A stretch of DNA of 64,000 bases from Minisyncoccota bacterium (lineage in GTDB: Bacteria; Patescibacteriota; Minisyncoccia; Phycocordibacterales; Phycocordibacteraceae), in contig JAYOEC010000001.1 in assembly GCA_038106525.1 (NCBI GenBank), positions 24,876-88,875 on the forward strand, given 5' to 3'. This document shows, in pieces, positions 43,234-53,593 of the stretch. How positions within the stretch are numbered: the stretch's first letter is position 1; every line of letters starts with the position of its first letter. The notes below the pieces were generated by a model. The model saw nothing but the letters and a program-made list of their open reading frames with translations, had not been told where the DNA came from and did not search any database. The translations under genes and the position numbers were made by a program.

Positions 43234-44634
43234 CTATCGTAGCACCGATGCATCACGGACGCGAGCAATGGCGTCTGAAATCGAAAGTCGTTCCTGCTCG
43301 CCAGTATCGCGGTGACGGAGCGTTACCGTGTCTTTGAGTTCCGGTCTCTCACCCAAGGTATCAAAGTCGATAACAATACAGTATGGCGTGCCAATCTCGT
43401 CCTGGCGGCGATAGCGTTTACCGATATTGCCGTTATCGTCCCACACCACCTGCGGGACTTCCTTTTTAAGCGCCGCATACACCTCGCGCGCTTTTGCCAC
43501 GAGCTCTGGCTTGTTCTTAAGAAGTGGCGAGACCGCTGCTTTGACTGGCGCGAGATGCGGCGCGAGTTTTAAGACGACGCGCGTTTCGCCGTCCATCTCA
43601 TCTTCATGATACGCGTCAGCAAGAACTGCAAGAAATACACGGCCCACACCCATCGATGTCTCAAGGATCCACGGTACATACTTCTCCCCTGTTTCCGGGT
43701 CGGTGTAGCGCAAGTCAACGCCCGAGAACTTTTGGTGCTGCGTGAGATCGTAGTCAGTACGGTCGTGGATTCCCTCTATTTCATCAAATCCTCCCGGGAA
43801 CTCGTACTCGATGTCCCATGCATCTTTTGCATAAAAAACGAGGTTGTCGTGCTGCTTCCACCTAAGTTTTGCTTCGGCAATGCCTAGGGAAAGGTACCAG
43901 TCCCAGCGATCCTTCTTGATCTGCTCGTATGCCTCTCTATTCTCATTCGGCCTTATAAAGTACTGGGTGTCCGCCTGCTCAAACTCGCGAGTGCGGAACA
44001 GGAAGTTGCGCGGGCTGATCTCGTTACGAAATGCTTTACCTATCTGCGCGACACCAAACGGCACTTTCGGATTCATGGAGTCGACAATGTTTTTATAGTC
44101 GAGATAGATCCCCTGGCATGCCTCACCAGGTAGGTACACCAGGTCTGCTCCTTCAGATGTAAAGTCGCCCAGATTCGACTTCACCAACAGGTTAAACGGC
44201 TTCACGCGACTAAAATCCTTTTTGCCGCACATCGGACATTTAATTTTGTCTCGGTTCTGGTCGAAGAGGTCGTTGAGCTCGGCTTCCGACATCTTTTCGT
44301 CCGCCGTCACACCGACCCTCCCGAGCTCCTTATCGACACGAATGCGCGTGTTGCAGTTCTTGCACTCAGCCAGGGGGTCCGAAAATCCCCCGACATGGCC
44401 AGACGCTTCCCAAGTTTTTGGGTGGCGGAACATCCCGCTGTCCAGTCCGTAATAGTTCTCGCGGTCATATACATTCGCCTTCCACCACGAGCGCTTAATG
44501 TTATTCAGAAGCTCGACGCCTCGCGGACCAAAGTCGTAGACACCTGCAAGTCCGCCGTAAATCTCTGATCCCGGGTACACAAACCCGCGGCGTTTTGCGA
44601 GCGACACTATTTTTTCCATGAGGTCACCTGCCAT
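43234..44634 (-). CDS. glyQS: Glycyl-tRNA synthetase (class II, alpha2 type)
   Basis: MEKIVSLAKRRGFVYPGSEIYGGLAGVYDFGPRGVELLNNIKRSWW... class II motifs; anticodon-binding C-terminus. Confidence 0.9.
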   Translation of the reverse strand: MAGDLMEKIVSLAKRRGFVYPGSEIYGGLAGVYDFGPRGVELLNNIKRSWWKANVYDRENYYGLDSGMFRHPKTWEASGHVGGFSDPLAECKNCNTRIRVDKELGRVGVTADEKMSEAELNDLFDQNRDKIKCPMCGKKDFSRVKPFNLLVKSNLGDFTSEGADLVYLPGEACQGIYLDYKNIVDSMNPKVPFGVAQIGKAFRNEISPRNFLFRTREFEQADTQYFIRPNENREAYEQIKKDRWDWYLSLGIAEAKLRWKQHDNLVFYAKDAWDIEYEFPGGFDEIEGIHDRTDYDLTQHQKFSGVDLRYTDPETGEKYVPWILETSMGVGRVFLAVLADAYHEDEMDGETRVVLKLAPHLAPVKAAVSPLLKNKPELVAKAREVYAALKKEVPQVVWDDNGNIGKRYRRQDEIGTPYCIVIDFDTLGERPELKDTVTLRHRDTGEQERLSISDAIARVRDASVLR

Positions 44635-44641
44635 AACTTGC

Positions 44642-46477
44642 TTACGGTACCACAGTACCCTGCTGCGATGAAACTCCGGTGCCAGTAGTAAGCGAGCCCG
44701 AAGATCGCTCGACTGTGGCTCGAATAAAGCGATCAAATGCTGACACGCGCTGATCAACGACAAGAGAGGGCATACTGTTTACCTGCGAGAGCGAGGGTAC
44801 TGCACCGATAGCAAAAGCTGCTGTCCGCTGTTCGCCTGGCGCAAGATCGCCAATCTCCCATGATATTGATCTGCCGTTCTCATGGTATGAAACCGCCCCT
44901 GACACTGCAGACTTCCACTCAACATAGTTCGGCAAAAGCGCAGTAACCACAGTATCAGCAACCGCGTTTGATGAGTTCGTGACCGTCCAAGAAACAATGT
45001 AGAGTGTCTCTTGCTCAACCTTTGGGGGTTGCGGACCGGAGCTGCGGGCAAGTGTTGCCGAAAGCGCAAGGTCAGTCGATACGAGCGCGACTGCCTTTGC
45101 GCTCGAGCCTACTTCTTCCTGTACATTGCCCTCGGCAGTTCTCTTCCCGCGGACTGTAGCAGCGAGCGTGATCTGTGGACTGCGGAACGACCCCGCATTC
45201 TGCGGGAGTGCCGCAAACTCGAAAGTTGCAAATTGAGACTCGCCAGGAGAAACATCTTCGAGCCTGCGATCAGTCTCCGGTGAAAAGATAATAGTGGTAT
45301 CTGAAGAACGATAGAAACCCTGTTCGGACTTAACTGAACTTTTGTCGAGAACCGCGCCGTTCAATCGCAGCTGTATCTCGACATCCTGAATGCGAGTCGG
45401 AAGATTGTTAGTCCACCGAATCTCTCCTCGAACCGGAACTCCCCGCTGTATGTTTTTTTCTGGTGCAGAATCGCCATTGAGCGATAGCTGTACCGATACG
45501 AACGGCTTTGCAACGAGCAACGAGATATCGGTCGCCGCAAGCGGTGCCTGGATGGTATCGGTGCCTTGCTTTTGAGAACCCGTAGTAAAGTGGACTACCC
45601 GATCCGAACCATCCTCGCCAACAAACGAACCGCGGATCACAATCTCCCGCTCTCCCGAAGGGAGTACGGTACCAAGATCCCACACATTGGAACCGGCACG
45701 AGGAGCTGGCGAAGAAGAGATAAAAGTAAACCCTGGGGGATAGGTGGCAACAAGCAGCATCCCCAGAAGCGGTTCAGTGGCATTTGAAGCGACCCGAACG
45801 CGGATCTCTGCGGGCTCTCCAGACACTACCTCGGACAGTGAGACAACACTAATTGATGCTGGAGACTGACTGATGGTTGTATGATACTCGCCCTCGCTAC
45901 GAAATACTGCATTCGAAGATGGCACCCGGTATTCTGCCGAAACAGCAACAGTAAGTTCTGTTCCTCGCTCGCCAAACAAGACTGCCTGAACGGTGCGCGT
46001 CACCGTTTCTCCGGGCTGGATAGTGCCGAGTGACTCGCGGATGCGCGGCAAGTCGAGCGACACATCAGCAGCAGACCGGGTTCCCGTCGGGTATTCAACC
46101 AAAAGGTCGGTGAGGTTCATCGGTGCAGGATTGTTATTGGTAATGAGAATTTGAAGCGACACCTCGTCTCCGGCACGAACCGCCGTTGGTCCCTGGATAT
46201 CGATCCTGACATTCTTCGTCGAAACTGTAGTGTCACCGGAGAAAATAATGAGACCGGCAACCGTCGCCGCAACGATAAAAAAGACGACTGACCCCGCAAA
46301 GAGATATTCGAGTACGGAAAATCTTCCAAGAAGCGACGGCGCGCGCGGTGGTGGCACCCGCCCCCACGCAGCAGGTGCCGGTGGGGGTGTGGTGCCGAGC
46401 GGTCGCCGTTGGAGCGGCTCTGAGCCAGGGCGCATTTCGACACGGGCGCTGAGCCGATCCAGCGATTCTTGATCCAT
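44642..46477 (-). CDS. Membrane-anchored hypothetical protein with extracytoplasmic beta-rich repeat domains
   Basis: Cytoplasmic Pro-rich N-terminus, single TM (FAGSVVFFIVAATVAGLIIF), then ~500 aa of repeated Ig-like/DUF11-like segments. No catalytic motif seen. Confidence 0.55.
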   Translation of the reverse strand: MDQESLDRLSARVEMRPGSEPLQRRPLGTTPPPAPAAWGRVPPPRAPSLLGRFSVLEYLFAGSVVFFIVAATVAGLIIFSGDTTVSTKNVRIDIQGPTAVRAGDEVSLQILITNNNPAPMNLTDLLVEYPTGTRSAADVSLDLPRIRESLGTIQPGETVTRTVQAVLFGERGTELTVAVSAEYRVPSSNAVFRSEGEYHTTISQSPASISVVSLSEVVSGEPAEIRVRVASNATEPLLGMLLVATYPPGFTFISSSPAPRAGSNVWDLGTVLPSGEREIVIRGSFVGEDGSDRVVHFTTGSQKQGTDTIQAPLAATDISLLVAKPFVSVQLSLNGDSAPEKNIQRGVPVRGEIRWTNNLPTRIQDVEIQLRLNGAVLDKSSVKSEQGFYRSSDTTIIFSPETDRRLEDVSPGESQFATFEFAALPQNAGSFRSPQITLAATVRGKRTAEGNVQEEVGSSAKAVALVSTDLALSATLARSSGPQPPKVEQETLYIVSWTVTNSSNAVADTVVTALLPNYVEWKSAVSGAVSYHENGRSISWEIGDLAPGEQRTAAFAIGAVPSLSQVNSMPSLVVDQRVSAFDRFIRATVERSSGSLTTGTGVSSQQGTVVP

Positions 46478-46495
46478 TCCTGTATAGTACCAAGC

Positions 46496-47080
46496 CTACA
46501 GGCCGGAGGCGCTCATACCGCGGTGTATGTGGCGGACTAACGCTCCGGTGCGCGCACCGGCGCGCATCAAAAGTGCGGCAGTAAGCGGAGAAGCGATGAA
46601 GTCGTGCTCGTCGTCGGATGGCGCAACATATCCAAGTGCCGCAAGGGTCCGTAGCACAACAAGGTATTCAAGCGTACGGATATCTTTGGCCGAAACATCG
46701 TGAAGGGCACCACAGTACTCCCAGAGCCGCCCAAAGAGCTCGTCATTCTTGCCTTCCCCACGGACAAATTGTCGTACAAACGAAATAACTCTGGCGAACG
46801 ATTTCTGAACTTCCTCCTGTTGCACTGCAAAATACTCGTTTACCGTCCGCACAGCGCCCGTAACGCGCCACTGATCTCTTCCTCGAACCAGCGAGTAGGT
46901 GCCGCGCGTCCCCGGTACCAGATGTGCCCGGAGCTTTGAGCGTTCCTCGCGAGCAGAAGTGGCGAGTGCAGTTACCAACCCCAACTCTTCGGTAAAGAGC
47001 ATAATCCTGAGCGATCCCTCGCCCGCCTGACGGCGGCTCAGTACAAGTCCGCGTGTATGCACCTCACGCTTTGTGAACAT
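46496..47080 (-). CDS. recO: DNA repair protein RecO (short form lacking Zn finger)
   Basis: MFTKREVHTRGLVLSRRQAGEGSLRIMLFTEELGLVTALATSAREERSKLRAHLVPGTRGTYSLV... N-terminal OB-fold pattern of RecO. Start chosen to avoid overlap with ileS. Confidence 0.6.
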   Translation of the reverse strand: MFTKREVHTRGLVLSRRQAGEGSLRIMLFTEELGLVTALATSAREERSKLRAHLVPGTRGTYSLVRGRDQWRVTGAVRTVNEYFAVQQEEVQKSFARVISFVRQFVRGEGKNDELFGRLWEYCGALHDVSAKDIRTLEYLVVLRTLAALGYVAPSDDEHDFIASPLTAALLMRAGARTGALVRHIHRGMSASGL

Positions 47081-50000
47081 TGAAATCTCCTTCACGAACT
47101 TCACTGATTGATGCTGCCCTCTCTAGACTCTCGAAGTGCTGCTGAGCAAATACCAACCGCTCGGCCGGAACGGACAGCACCGCACGGTCTTTTGGATTAA
47201 GCCCTGCAATTTTCCGCGCCTCCTGCACTTCACGAATAAGCTCGCGCACTTCTCCCTCCTCCCTAAGCGCATCGGTCAAGGTGGTATCAAGTTCAACCAT
47301 TTCGGGTATTCCCTCTTGCACCACCACCTCCTTTACATTCAATTCATCGCGGATCAGGTCGAGCAGGTCGTTTTTATTCGCAAGTGACGGCGCATTAATT
47401 TTGAGCCTAGAGAGCGGCTGACGAACCTTGATGCCCTCTTTCTGTCTTGCCTCGAGCGCCAAGGACACCAACTCGCGCACCTTTTGCATATCTAATACAA
47501 GTTCAGATGAGTTAAGGCGCAAAAGACTCTTCCAATCGAATATCTTGCGAGCAACAGTCGGCCAGGCTGCAAGGTGCACGGATACCGGATCCTGTTCATC
47601 TCGAACGCCGCGGTACACAGCCTCAGCAAGAAACGGAGCAAACGGTGCTAAGAGGCGTGCTGAAACATGCAATGTCTTTCGCAGCGTCTGTAGTGCAGCG
47701 CGGTCGCCGTCCCGAACCCGATCACGGATGCGGCGCACATACCATTGCGAAATATCTTCGAAAAGGGCTGCAAGCGCTCGTGTCGCTGCGGTGAGATTAT
47801 ATGCGTCGAGCGCCGAGGTCACCTCAACTATAACTTGTTCCGTCCGTCGCTGCATCCACTGATCGATACTCATCACACGCATATCAGGCCCGCCTTCGTT
47901 CTTAAAAATCTCATAAAACTTTGCGCTGTTATCAAACCAACCAAGAGCTCGAGCCGCCTCACGGACGGTCTTTTCGTCAAAATTCTTTGGATCCCCGGCA
48001 TCATTGACACTAAACATCCAAAATCTCAGTGCATCCGCTCCCCACTGTTCAATAGCATCCCAAGGGTTTACCACATTGCCGCGACTCTTCGACATTTTTT
48101 TTCCTTCCGCATCAAGCAGATGACCCAGTGATACTACATGGTTATATGGAGCCCCCTTTCCCATGAGAACACCGACCGCAAGAAGTGTATAAAACCACCC
48201 GCGTGTCTGATCAATTGCTTCAGCAATGTAGTCCGCAGGATATGGTGACTCGGTGCCGAATGGCATTCCTCCAGAATCAAACCACACATCGACCACATCC
48301 GGAACGCGATGGAGTTCTTTGCCTGTCGGGGACTCGAGCACCACTGAATCGATAAATGGGCGGTGTAGGTCAAGCTCGTAATCAGCATTGTGCGGCAACC
48401 GAACAAACTGGAACTCGCGCACCTCGCCAGTGGTGTAGTATTCCTCGCGATCCTTCATGGCGACCGTCCCAGCAACATCAGCCCCTCTGGCAATTGCCTC
48501 GGCTAACCAAACGGCGTACTCGTGCGTCACGATCAAAATAGTCTCTCCATGATGTTTCTCCTCAAGTTCGTAGAGGAACGCGCCAATCCGGCGTCGCATG
48601 TCCATCAAATTTTCTCCGCCAGGGGGCGTCTTGTAAAACCGTTCTTGGTACGAAGAAAAGAAATGATGGTACGCCTCGACCGACTTTCCATCAAATTCTC
48701 CCGTATCTATTTCTTGAATTCGATCATCAAATCGTATTTCTGATTTCGGAAATCCGCATGCGTCGGCAACGATCTCTGCAGTCTCTCTGGTACGGATGAA
48801 TGGGGAGGCATAGATCGCATCAAATCTCTTCCATTTCAGAGTCTGTGCGGACTTTGCAACCTGTGCCCTGCCGGAGTCTGTCAGATGATTTTCGTCACCC
48901 GCATGAGAACTGACCACGGACCCAACATTGCTCATTGCCTGCCCATGCCGCATCAAAAAGTAAGTGTTGCCGCTCTTTTTACTATAGCGTTTCAGCTCAT
49001 CAACGGAACCGATGACCATGTGCTCACCCTCTCCTTCCCACACCGGGAGTGGTGTTGCCCAGTATCGTTCGCGAGAAATTGCCCAGTCCTTTATGCCTCG
49101 CAGCCACTCGCCCATGCGCCCATCACGCAAGTGTGCGGGAACCCAAGCAACCGTCGCATTCTCCCGCTGCAGAGTATCAGCCAATTCGGACATACGGATG
49201 TACCAAGAATCGCGCGCATAGTAGATGAGTGCAGTTTTACATCTCCAGCAAAATGGGTAGGAATGTGCATGCTTCCCTTTTGAGAACAAGTGTCCGCGGT
49301 GCGCGAGGTCCTTAATGATGTCGACCGCAACACCCTCATCCCGTACAAATCTGCCAGCCAAAAATCCGACCCCATCCATAAAACGCCCGGACGGCTCGAC
49401 CACATGTACACGGGGTAAATCGTTTTTTTGACCAAGCAAAAAATCATCCGCCCCATACATGACCGCGGTATGCACCACTCCCGTGCCATCTTCAGTAGTT
49501 ACAAAATCAGCCTCGTACACCTTAAAGGCACTCGCAAACCGCTCGCGCTCACTTTCAGGAGCCAAATCCCGTGCAAATGGGTACAGAGGTTCATATGTCT
49601 GACCAACGAGCTGCTCGCCGGACAAGGATTCAGCTCCTTCCGCAGAAAGGCCGAGGGACGATGCCCGATCTTTAGCAACAATCAGGGTTTCTCCATCATT
49701 GCGGACCTTTAGGTACTGAATGCCACCACCAACCGCGAGAGCAACATTCCCTGGTAATGTCCATGGAGTGGTGGTCCACGCGAGAATAAAGGTCGGCTGC
49801 TGCTCGCCGACCTGTTCCGGAGTGCGAAGGCGAAACTTTGCAACAACCGCAAGGTCGCTTACTTCCTCATACCCTTGTGCAACCTCATGTGATGAAAGAG
49901 CGGTGCCACATCGAGGACACCATGGAACCACCTTGTAATCCTTATACAACCGCCGATCTCGGTGCACCTTGGCAAGAATGCCCCAGAGCCGTTCCATGTA

Positions 50001-50468
50001 TGTTGGAGTGTAAGTGTAGTATGCATCCGCCTGATCAACCCAATACCCAATGCGTTCAGTAAAACGCCACCACTCGTCTATGTACCGTAAGACACTCTCC
50101 CGGCACTTCTGATTAAAGGCTGCGACACCGTACGCCTCAATCTCCGGCTTTCCTGAAAATCCTAGCTGCTTCTCAACCTCGAGCTCCACCGGAAGTCCGT
50201 GCGTATCCCACCCTGCACGGCGCTTCACACGATACCCCTGCATTGTCTTATACCGAGGAATTGCATCCTTAAACGCTCGCGCTTCGAGGTGGTGCAAGCC
50301 AGGTTTACCATTTGCTGTAGGCGGCCCCTCATAAAATACAAACTCGCCCTTCGGGGCTGGCTTCTCCAACGACCGTTCAAAAATCTTGTGTTCTTTCCAA
50401 AATGCAAGCACCTCCTCCTCGCGGAGTGCGGCATCCGACTTTTGACGCTGCTGCGCATCGTCGTGCAT
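47064..50468 (-). CDS. ileS: Isoleucyl-tRNA synthetase carrying an internal histidine-phosphatase (PGAM-like) domain insertion
   Basis: YEGPPTANGKPGLHHLEARAFKDAIPRYKTMQG (HIGH region), WCPRCGTALSSHEVAQGY, CP1 editing domain TTPWTLPGNVALAV, DVWFDSG, KMSKSRGNVV. Between WATPLPVW (aa ~471) and DVWFDSG (aa ~727) sits ~190 aa with LMRHGQAMSN and ILIVTHEYAVWL. Confidence 0.9.
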   Translation of the reverse strand: MHDDAQQRQKSDAALREEEVLAFWKEHKIFERSLEKPAPKGEFVFYEGPPTANGKPGLHHLEARAFKDAIPRYKTMQGYRVKRRAGWDTHGLPVELEVEKQLGFSGKPEIEAYGVAAFNQKCRESVLRYIDEWWRFTERIGYWVDQADAYYTYTPTYMERLWGILAKVHRDRRLYKDYKVVPWCPRCGTALSSHEVAQGYEEVSDLAVVAKFRLRTPEQVGEQQPTFILAWTTTPWTLPGNVALAVGGGIQYLKVRNDGETLIVAKDRASSLGLSAEGAESLSGEQLVGQTYEPLYPFARDLAPESERERFASAFKVYEADFVTTEDGTGVVHTAVMYGADDFLLGQKNDLPRVHVVEPSGRFMDGVGFLAGRFVRDEGVAVDIIKDLAHRGHLFSKGKHAHSYPFCWRCKTALIYYARDSWYIRMSELADTLQRENATVAWVPAHLRDGRMGEWLRGIKDWAISRERYWATPLPVWEGEGEHMVIGSVDELKRYSKKSGNTYFLMRHGQAMSNVGSVVSSHAGDENHLTDSGRAQVAKSAQTLKWKRFDAIYASPFIRTRETAEIVADACGFPKSEIRFDDRIQEIDTGEFDGKSVEAYHHFFSSYQERFYKTPPGGENLMDMRRRIGAFLYELEEKHHGETILIVTHEYAVWLAEAIARGADVAGTVAMKDREEYYTTGEVREFQFVRLPHNADYELDLHRPFIDSVVLESPTGKELHRVPDVVDVWFDSGGMPFGTESPYPADYIAEAIDQTRGWFYTLLAVGVLMGKGAPYNHVVSLGHLLDAEGKKMSKSRGNVVNPWDAIEQWGADALRFWMFSVNDAGDPKNFDEKTVREAARALGWFDNSAKFYEIFKNEGGPDMRVMSIDQWMQRRTEQVIVEVTSALDAYNLTAATRALAALFEDISQWYVRRIRDRVRDGDRAALQTLRKTLHVSARLLAPFAPFLAEAVYRGVRDEQDPVSVHLAAWPTVARKIFDWKSLLRLNSSELVLDMQKVRELVSLALEARQKEGIKVRQPLSRLKINAPSLANKNDLLDLIRDELNVKEVVVQEGIPEMVELDTTLTDALREEGEVRELIREVQEARKIAGLNPKDRAVLSVPAERLVFAQQHFESLERAASISEVREGDFNVHKA

Positions 50469-50494
50469 TTTTTAATCCTAGCACGGCAGCACTT

Positions 50495-51862
50495 TCAAGG
50501 CGCAGCGGTCTTTGAATGGGACACGAGTAGGTACGCTCCAGCACCAGCAGTACCCAAAAGCCCAGCCATAAAAACGAAAACCCAATACGGGAGCGGCCTC
50601 CTTGGTGAGGCAGTTGTTGTTGCCTCAACAATGTCGCGAGAACCATCCGATGACCCGGCTGACGCACCAAGCACCAACCCACTCGCGGCCGCCATCGATT
50701 GTTGCTCTTGTTCTGCTCTCGGGATGCTTTTAGCTGAGAGCATGAGCTGCGCCGTATAGGTCACTGCGGGCATGCCATTTGGGTACTGAAGCAGTACTGT
50801 GCTCGGAACACTTGGGCGCACCCCTGTTACCGCACCGGCAAATGCAACAAGGGTCTGAGGGCGCACTATGGTGCGTGGAGGAAAGACGAATCGTGATCCG
50901 TCCGCACTCAAAATCCATCCACCAAGGTCAACCTCGTGAGAGGAGTGGTTCTTAATTTCTACCAGTTCTGGAGACACCGTACCGAACGAAAGATCCGCGG
51001 GCACCGCTGCAACCAGCACTCTGTCGGCAGCACTATATGCACCACTTGCAGCATCAGCAACCACCGTGTAACTCCCTGGATAGAGAAAAGTGTGCGCTAC
51101 CGATTGTCCTTCGGCGCTTGTTCCATCACCAAAACTCCACACCACGCGAGCACTCTCAATCCGCTCGCCGGCGAGGCCATAGACTACCGAGGAGAATATG
51201 AGCGGAGCCCCAACAATCGCGGTCCGATCATCGCCAGCTGTGATGCGGATCTTCGGGTCGACAGGAAACGAGCTGGTGCTTGGACTGCTCGACGCCGAAA
51301 CAGACGATGGTGTTGATGTCTCAGGAACCTCCGTTTCCTCTGAAGCAGCACCGGGCCCGCCACCGGGTGTTGGTTGAAGTGCTACCCAGCTTGAGCCGTT
51401 TTTCTGAAGTGATGTGCCGTCTCCTGCTCCGCCCATCCCTGGTGTATAGGTCACCGAGTCGATATCTGCTCCGGCGTTGTCACGCACAGCAATGCTTTCG
51501 CCATTCGTATTATTAAGCCCGCTGGTAAACGCAACATCGAAAAGAGTCCCTGAAAATCCAGGATAATCAGCAAGAAATGTAGTCGGGTCGTCTGCAATGA
51601 CTACATATGTTCCGGATGGAATAGTCTCGGCACCCGCAACAAGATTGAGTGAGTGATTAACGCCTCCCTCAAAAAGCTTCCAGTCGGAAAGAACTATCGG
51701 CTCGCCCGAATTCATAACCTCTATCCACTCGTGTTTCGTATCGGTACCGCTTGGATCATACATAATCTCCGAAATAAAAACTGCCGCAGAGGCGGCAGTG
51801 GGAGCTACAAAAACGGTCAGGAAGACGAGGAGCGGGATCGAGGCCCGATACATGCCTACCAC
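50495..51862 (-). CDS. Surface protein with two lamin-tail domains, signal peptide and C-terminal TM anchor
   Basis: Signal MVGMYRASIPLLVFLTVFVAPTAASAAVFISEIMYDPSGTDTKHEWIEVMNSGEPIVLSDWKLFEGG (LTD1). Second LTD VSPELVEIKNHSSHEVDLGGWILSADGSRFVFPPRTIVRPQTLVAFAG. C-terminal PYWVFVFMAGLLGTAGAGAYLLV. Confidence 0.7.
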   Translation of the reverse strand: MVGMYRASIPLLVFLTVFVAPTAASAAVFISEIMYDPSGTDTKHEWIEVMNSGEPIVLSDWKLFEGGVNHSLNLVAGAETIPSGTYVVIADDPTTFLADYPGFSGTLFDVAFTSGLNNTNGESIAVRDNAGADIDSVTYTPGMGGAGDGTSLQKNGSSWVALQPTPGGGPGAASEETEVPETSTPSSVSASSSPSTSSFPVDPKIRITAGDDRTAIVGAPLIFSSVVYGLAGERIESARVVWSFGDGTSAEGQSVAHTFLYPGSYTVVADAASGAYSAADRVLVAAVPADLSFGTVSPELVEIKNHSSHEVDLGGWILSADGSRFVFPPRTIVRPQTLVAFAGAVTGVRPSVPSTVLLQYPNGMPAVTYTAQLMLSAKSIPRAEQEQQSMAAASGLVLGASAGSSDGSRDIVEATTTASPRRPLPYWVFVFMAGLLGTAGAGAYLLVSHSKTAAP

Positions 51863-51890
51863 CGTACACTAGCGCAGCAAGCTGTCAACA

Positions 51891-53585
51891 TTACATCCGA
51901 TCCGGAGCTTGGATCCCGAGTAGCCAGAGACCGTTTTTCATCGTGTGCAGAAATGCTTCGGTAATTGCAATTTTGTACGGCGAGTAAGGATCGGATGGAT
52001 CAACAATCTTGGTCCCCGCATACCAACTATTAAATGCGCCTGCGAGCTCGGTTAAAAATGTGGTGACATAGTGTGGCTCGTATTCAACCATTGCGCGCTC
52101 CACCACCTCTGGGAATCGATACAACAACCGCTCAAGCACCGTGATGCCGTCCGGTAGCATGGCGGACGATGGCTGGATCCGCTCCGCGCGCGCGCGTTCG
52201 AGGACGGAGCGCGCGCGCGTATGCGCGTACTGGAGGTACGGACCCGAGTCTCCCTCAAGAGAAAGCGACTGCGTCGGATCAAAAATGATATTCTTCCCGG
52301 TTCCCTGCTTCAAAATCGAAAATTTGATTGCGGCAACGGCGACCGCATCAGCGATCAATTCCTTTTCGTCACCAAGGTCGCGCTCCTGCATCCTCTCAAG
52401 CGCCTTTACACGCATCGTCTCAATCAGCGATTCGCCGGTGATAACATTCCCCTTTCGGGACGACATCTTGCCTGTGGTGAGGAGGAGCATTCCGAACGGC
52501 ACATGCAGATACGCAGATCCGATATCCGGTCTCAGTTCCGAAAGTGCGGCACGAACAACCGTAAAGTATCCATCCTGCTCAGAAGCTACTGTCGTAACAT
52601 TTAAGTCGAACGGAAAAGTTGCATACTTTGCCTCAGCAAGCCCAAGCTCCTTTGCTTCGTAAGTGGGCGTTCCGTTTTTGGTGATAAATACCCTGGTGTG
52701 CAAGCCGCACTTCTCTCCGCGGTACACGATCGCACCATCACTCTCTTCAAAGATGCCGGCAGCAAGTCCGTCTGCAACCATCTGGGCACCACGCCCAGCA
52801 ACCATGCTCTCAAAAAATAATCCGTCAAATGTCGTGCCGAGCAGCCGATACAATGCGTCAAACTTCTGCAGCGACGCCGTGCGCCCAATATCGTACACCG
52901 TCTGGTACTGCGAGCTCCCTTTGTAGAGTTCGGCGTTGATGAAATCAATTTCTGATCGCGCACTTTCATCGGATTCATACGCCTCGTGCCCAAATGCATA
53001 CGCTTCGCCAAGAGCAATAACATCATGCGGATCCTTTCCTGTCCGCTCGATGCCCCACAAACACTTCGCAACATGCGGACCGATATCTCCTTGATAATTT
53101 GCCCTAAAGAGCTCTGGACCGGACCACTCGATCAACCGAGAAATCGACTCGCCGACTGTCGTCGACATAAGGTGACCGATATGAAAGGGCTTGAACGGAT
53201 TGGGCTGCGAGTACTCAACCATCACCTTCTTGCCTTTCAAAAGGGCATTTTTGCCCCAATCCTTTCCTATCGCGGCAATGTCCGCAATCGAATTTCCGAA
53301 ATAGGCCCGCGATAAATAAAAGTTGATGAACCCTGGCCCTGCGACCTCGAGCTTTGCAACACCTGCCTGTGCGAGAAGATTATCCTTCAAAAGCACTGCG
53401 ACAACTTCTTCCGCAAGCGCCTTTGGGCTTTTCTTCGCTGCCTTTGCTGCGGCGAGAGCAACTGAAGTCGCATAATCGCCGTTCGACACATCTGCTGGAT
53501 GTTCGAGCACTGGTGCTACTCCCTCAATTCCAAGAGAGACAAGACTCCGCAACAGCGCATCATGAATGGCGCGTCGTACTTCCAT
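51891..53585 (-). CDS. argS: Arginyl-tRNA synthetase
   Basis: N-terminal Arg_tRNA_synt_N, VMVEYSQPNPFKPFHIGHLMSTTVGESI (HIGH), C-terminal DALR anticodon-binding region. Confidence 0.9.
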   Translation of the reverse strand: MEVRRAIHDALLRSLVSLGIEGVAPVLEHPADVSNGDYATSVALAAAKAAKKSPKALAEEVVAVLLKDNLLAQAGVAKLEVAGPGFINFYLSRAYFGNSIADIAAIGKDWGKNALLKGKKVMVEYSQPNPFKPFHIGHLMSTTVGESISRLIEWSGPELFRANYQGDIGPHVAKCLWGIERTGKDPHDVIALGEAYAFGHEAYESDESARSEIDFINAELYKGSSQYQTVYDIGRTASLQKFDALYRLLGTTFDGLFFESMVAGRGAQMVADGLAAGIFEESDGAIVYRGEKCGLHTRVFITKNGTPTYEAKELGLAEAKYATFPFDLNVTTVASEQDGYFTVVRAALSELRPDIGSAYLHVPFGMLLLTTGKMSSRKGNVITGESLIETMRVKALERMQERDLGDEKELIADAVAVAAIKFSILKQGTGKNIIFDPTQSLSLEGDSGPYLQYAHTRARSVLERARAERIQPSSAMLPDGITVLERLLYRFPEVVERAMVEYEPHYVTTFLTELAGAFNSWYAGTKIVDPSDPYSPYKIAITEAFLHTMKNGLWLLGIQAPDRM

Positions 53586-53593
53586 ACTTCACA

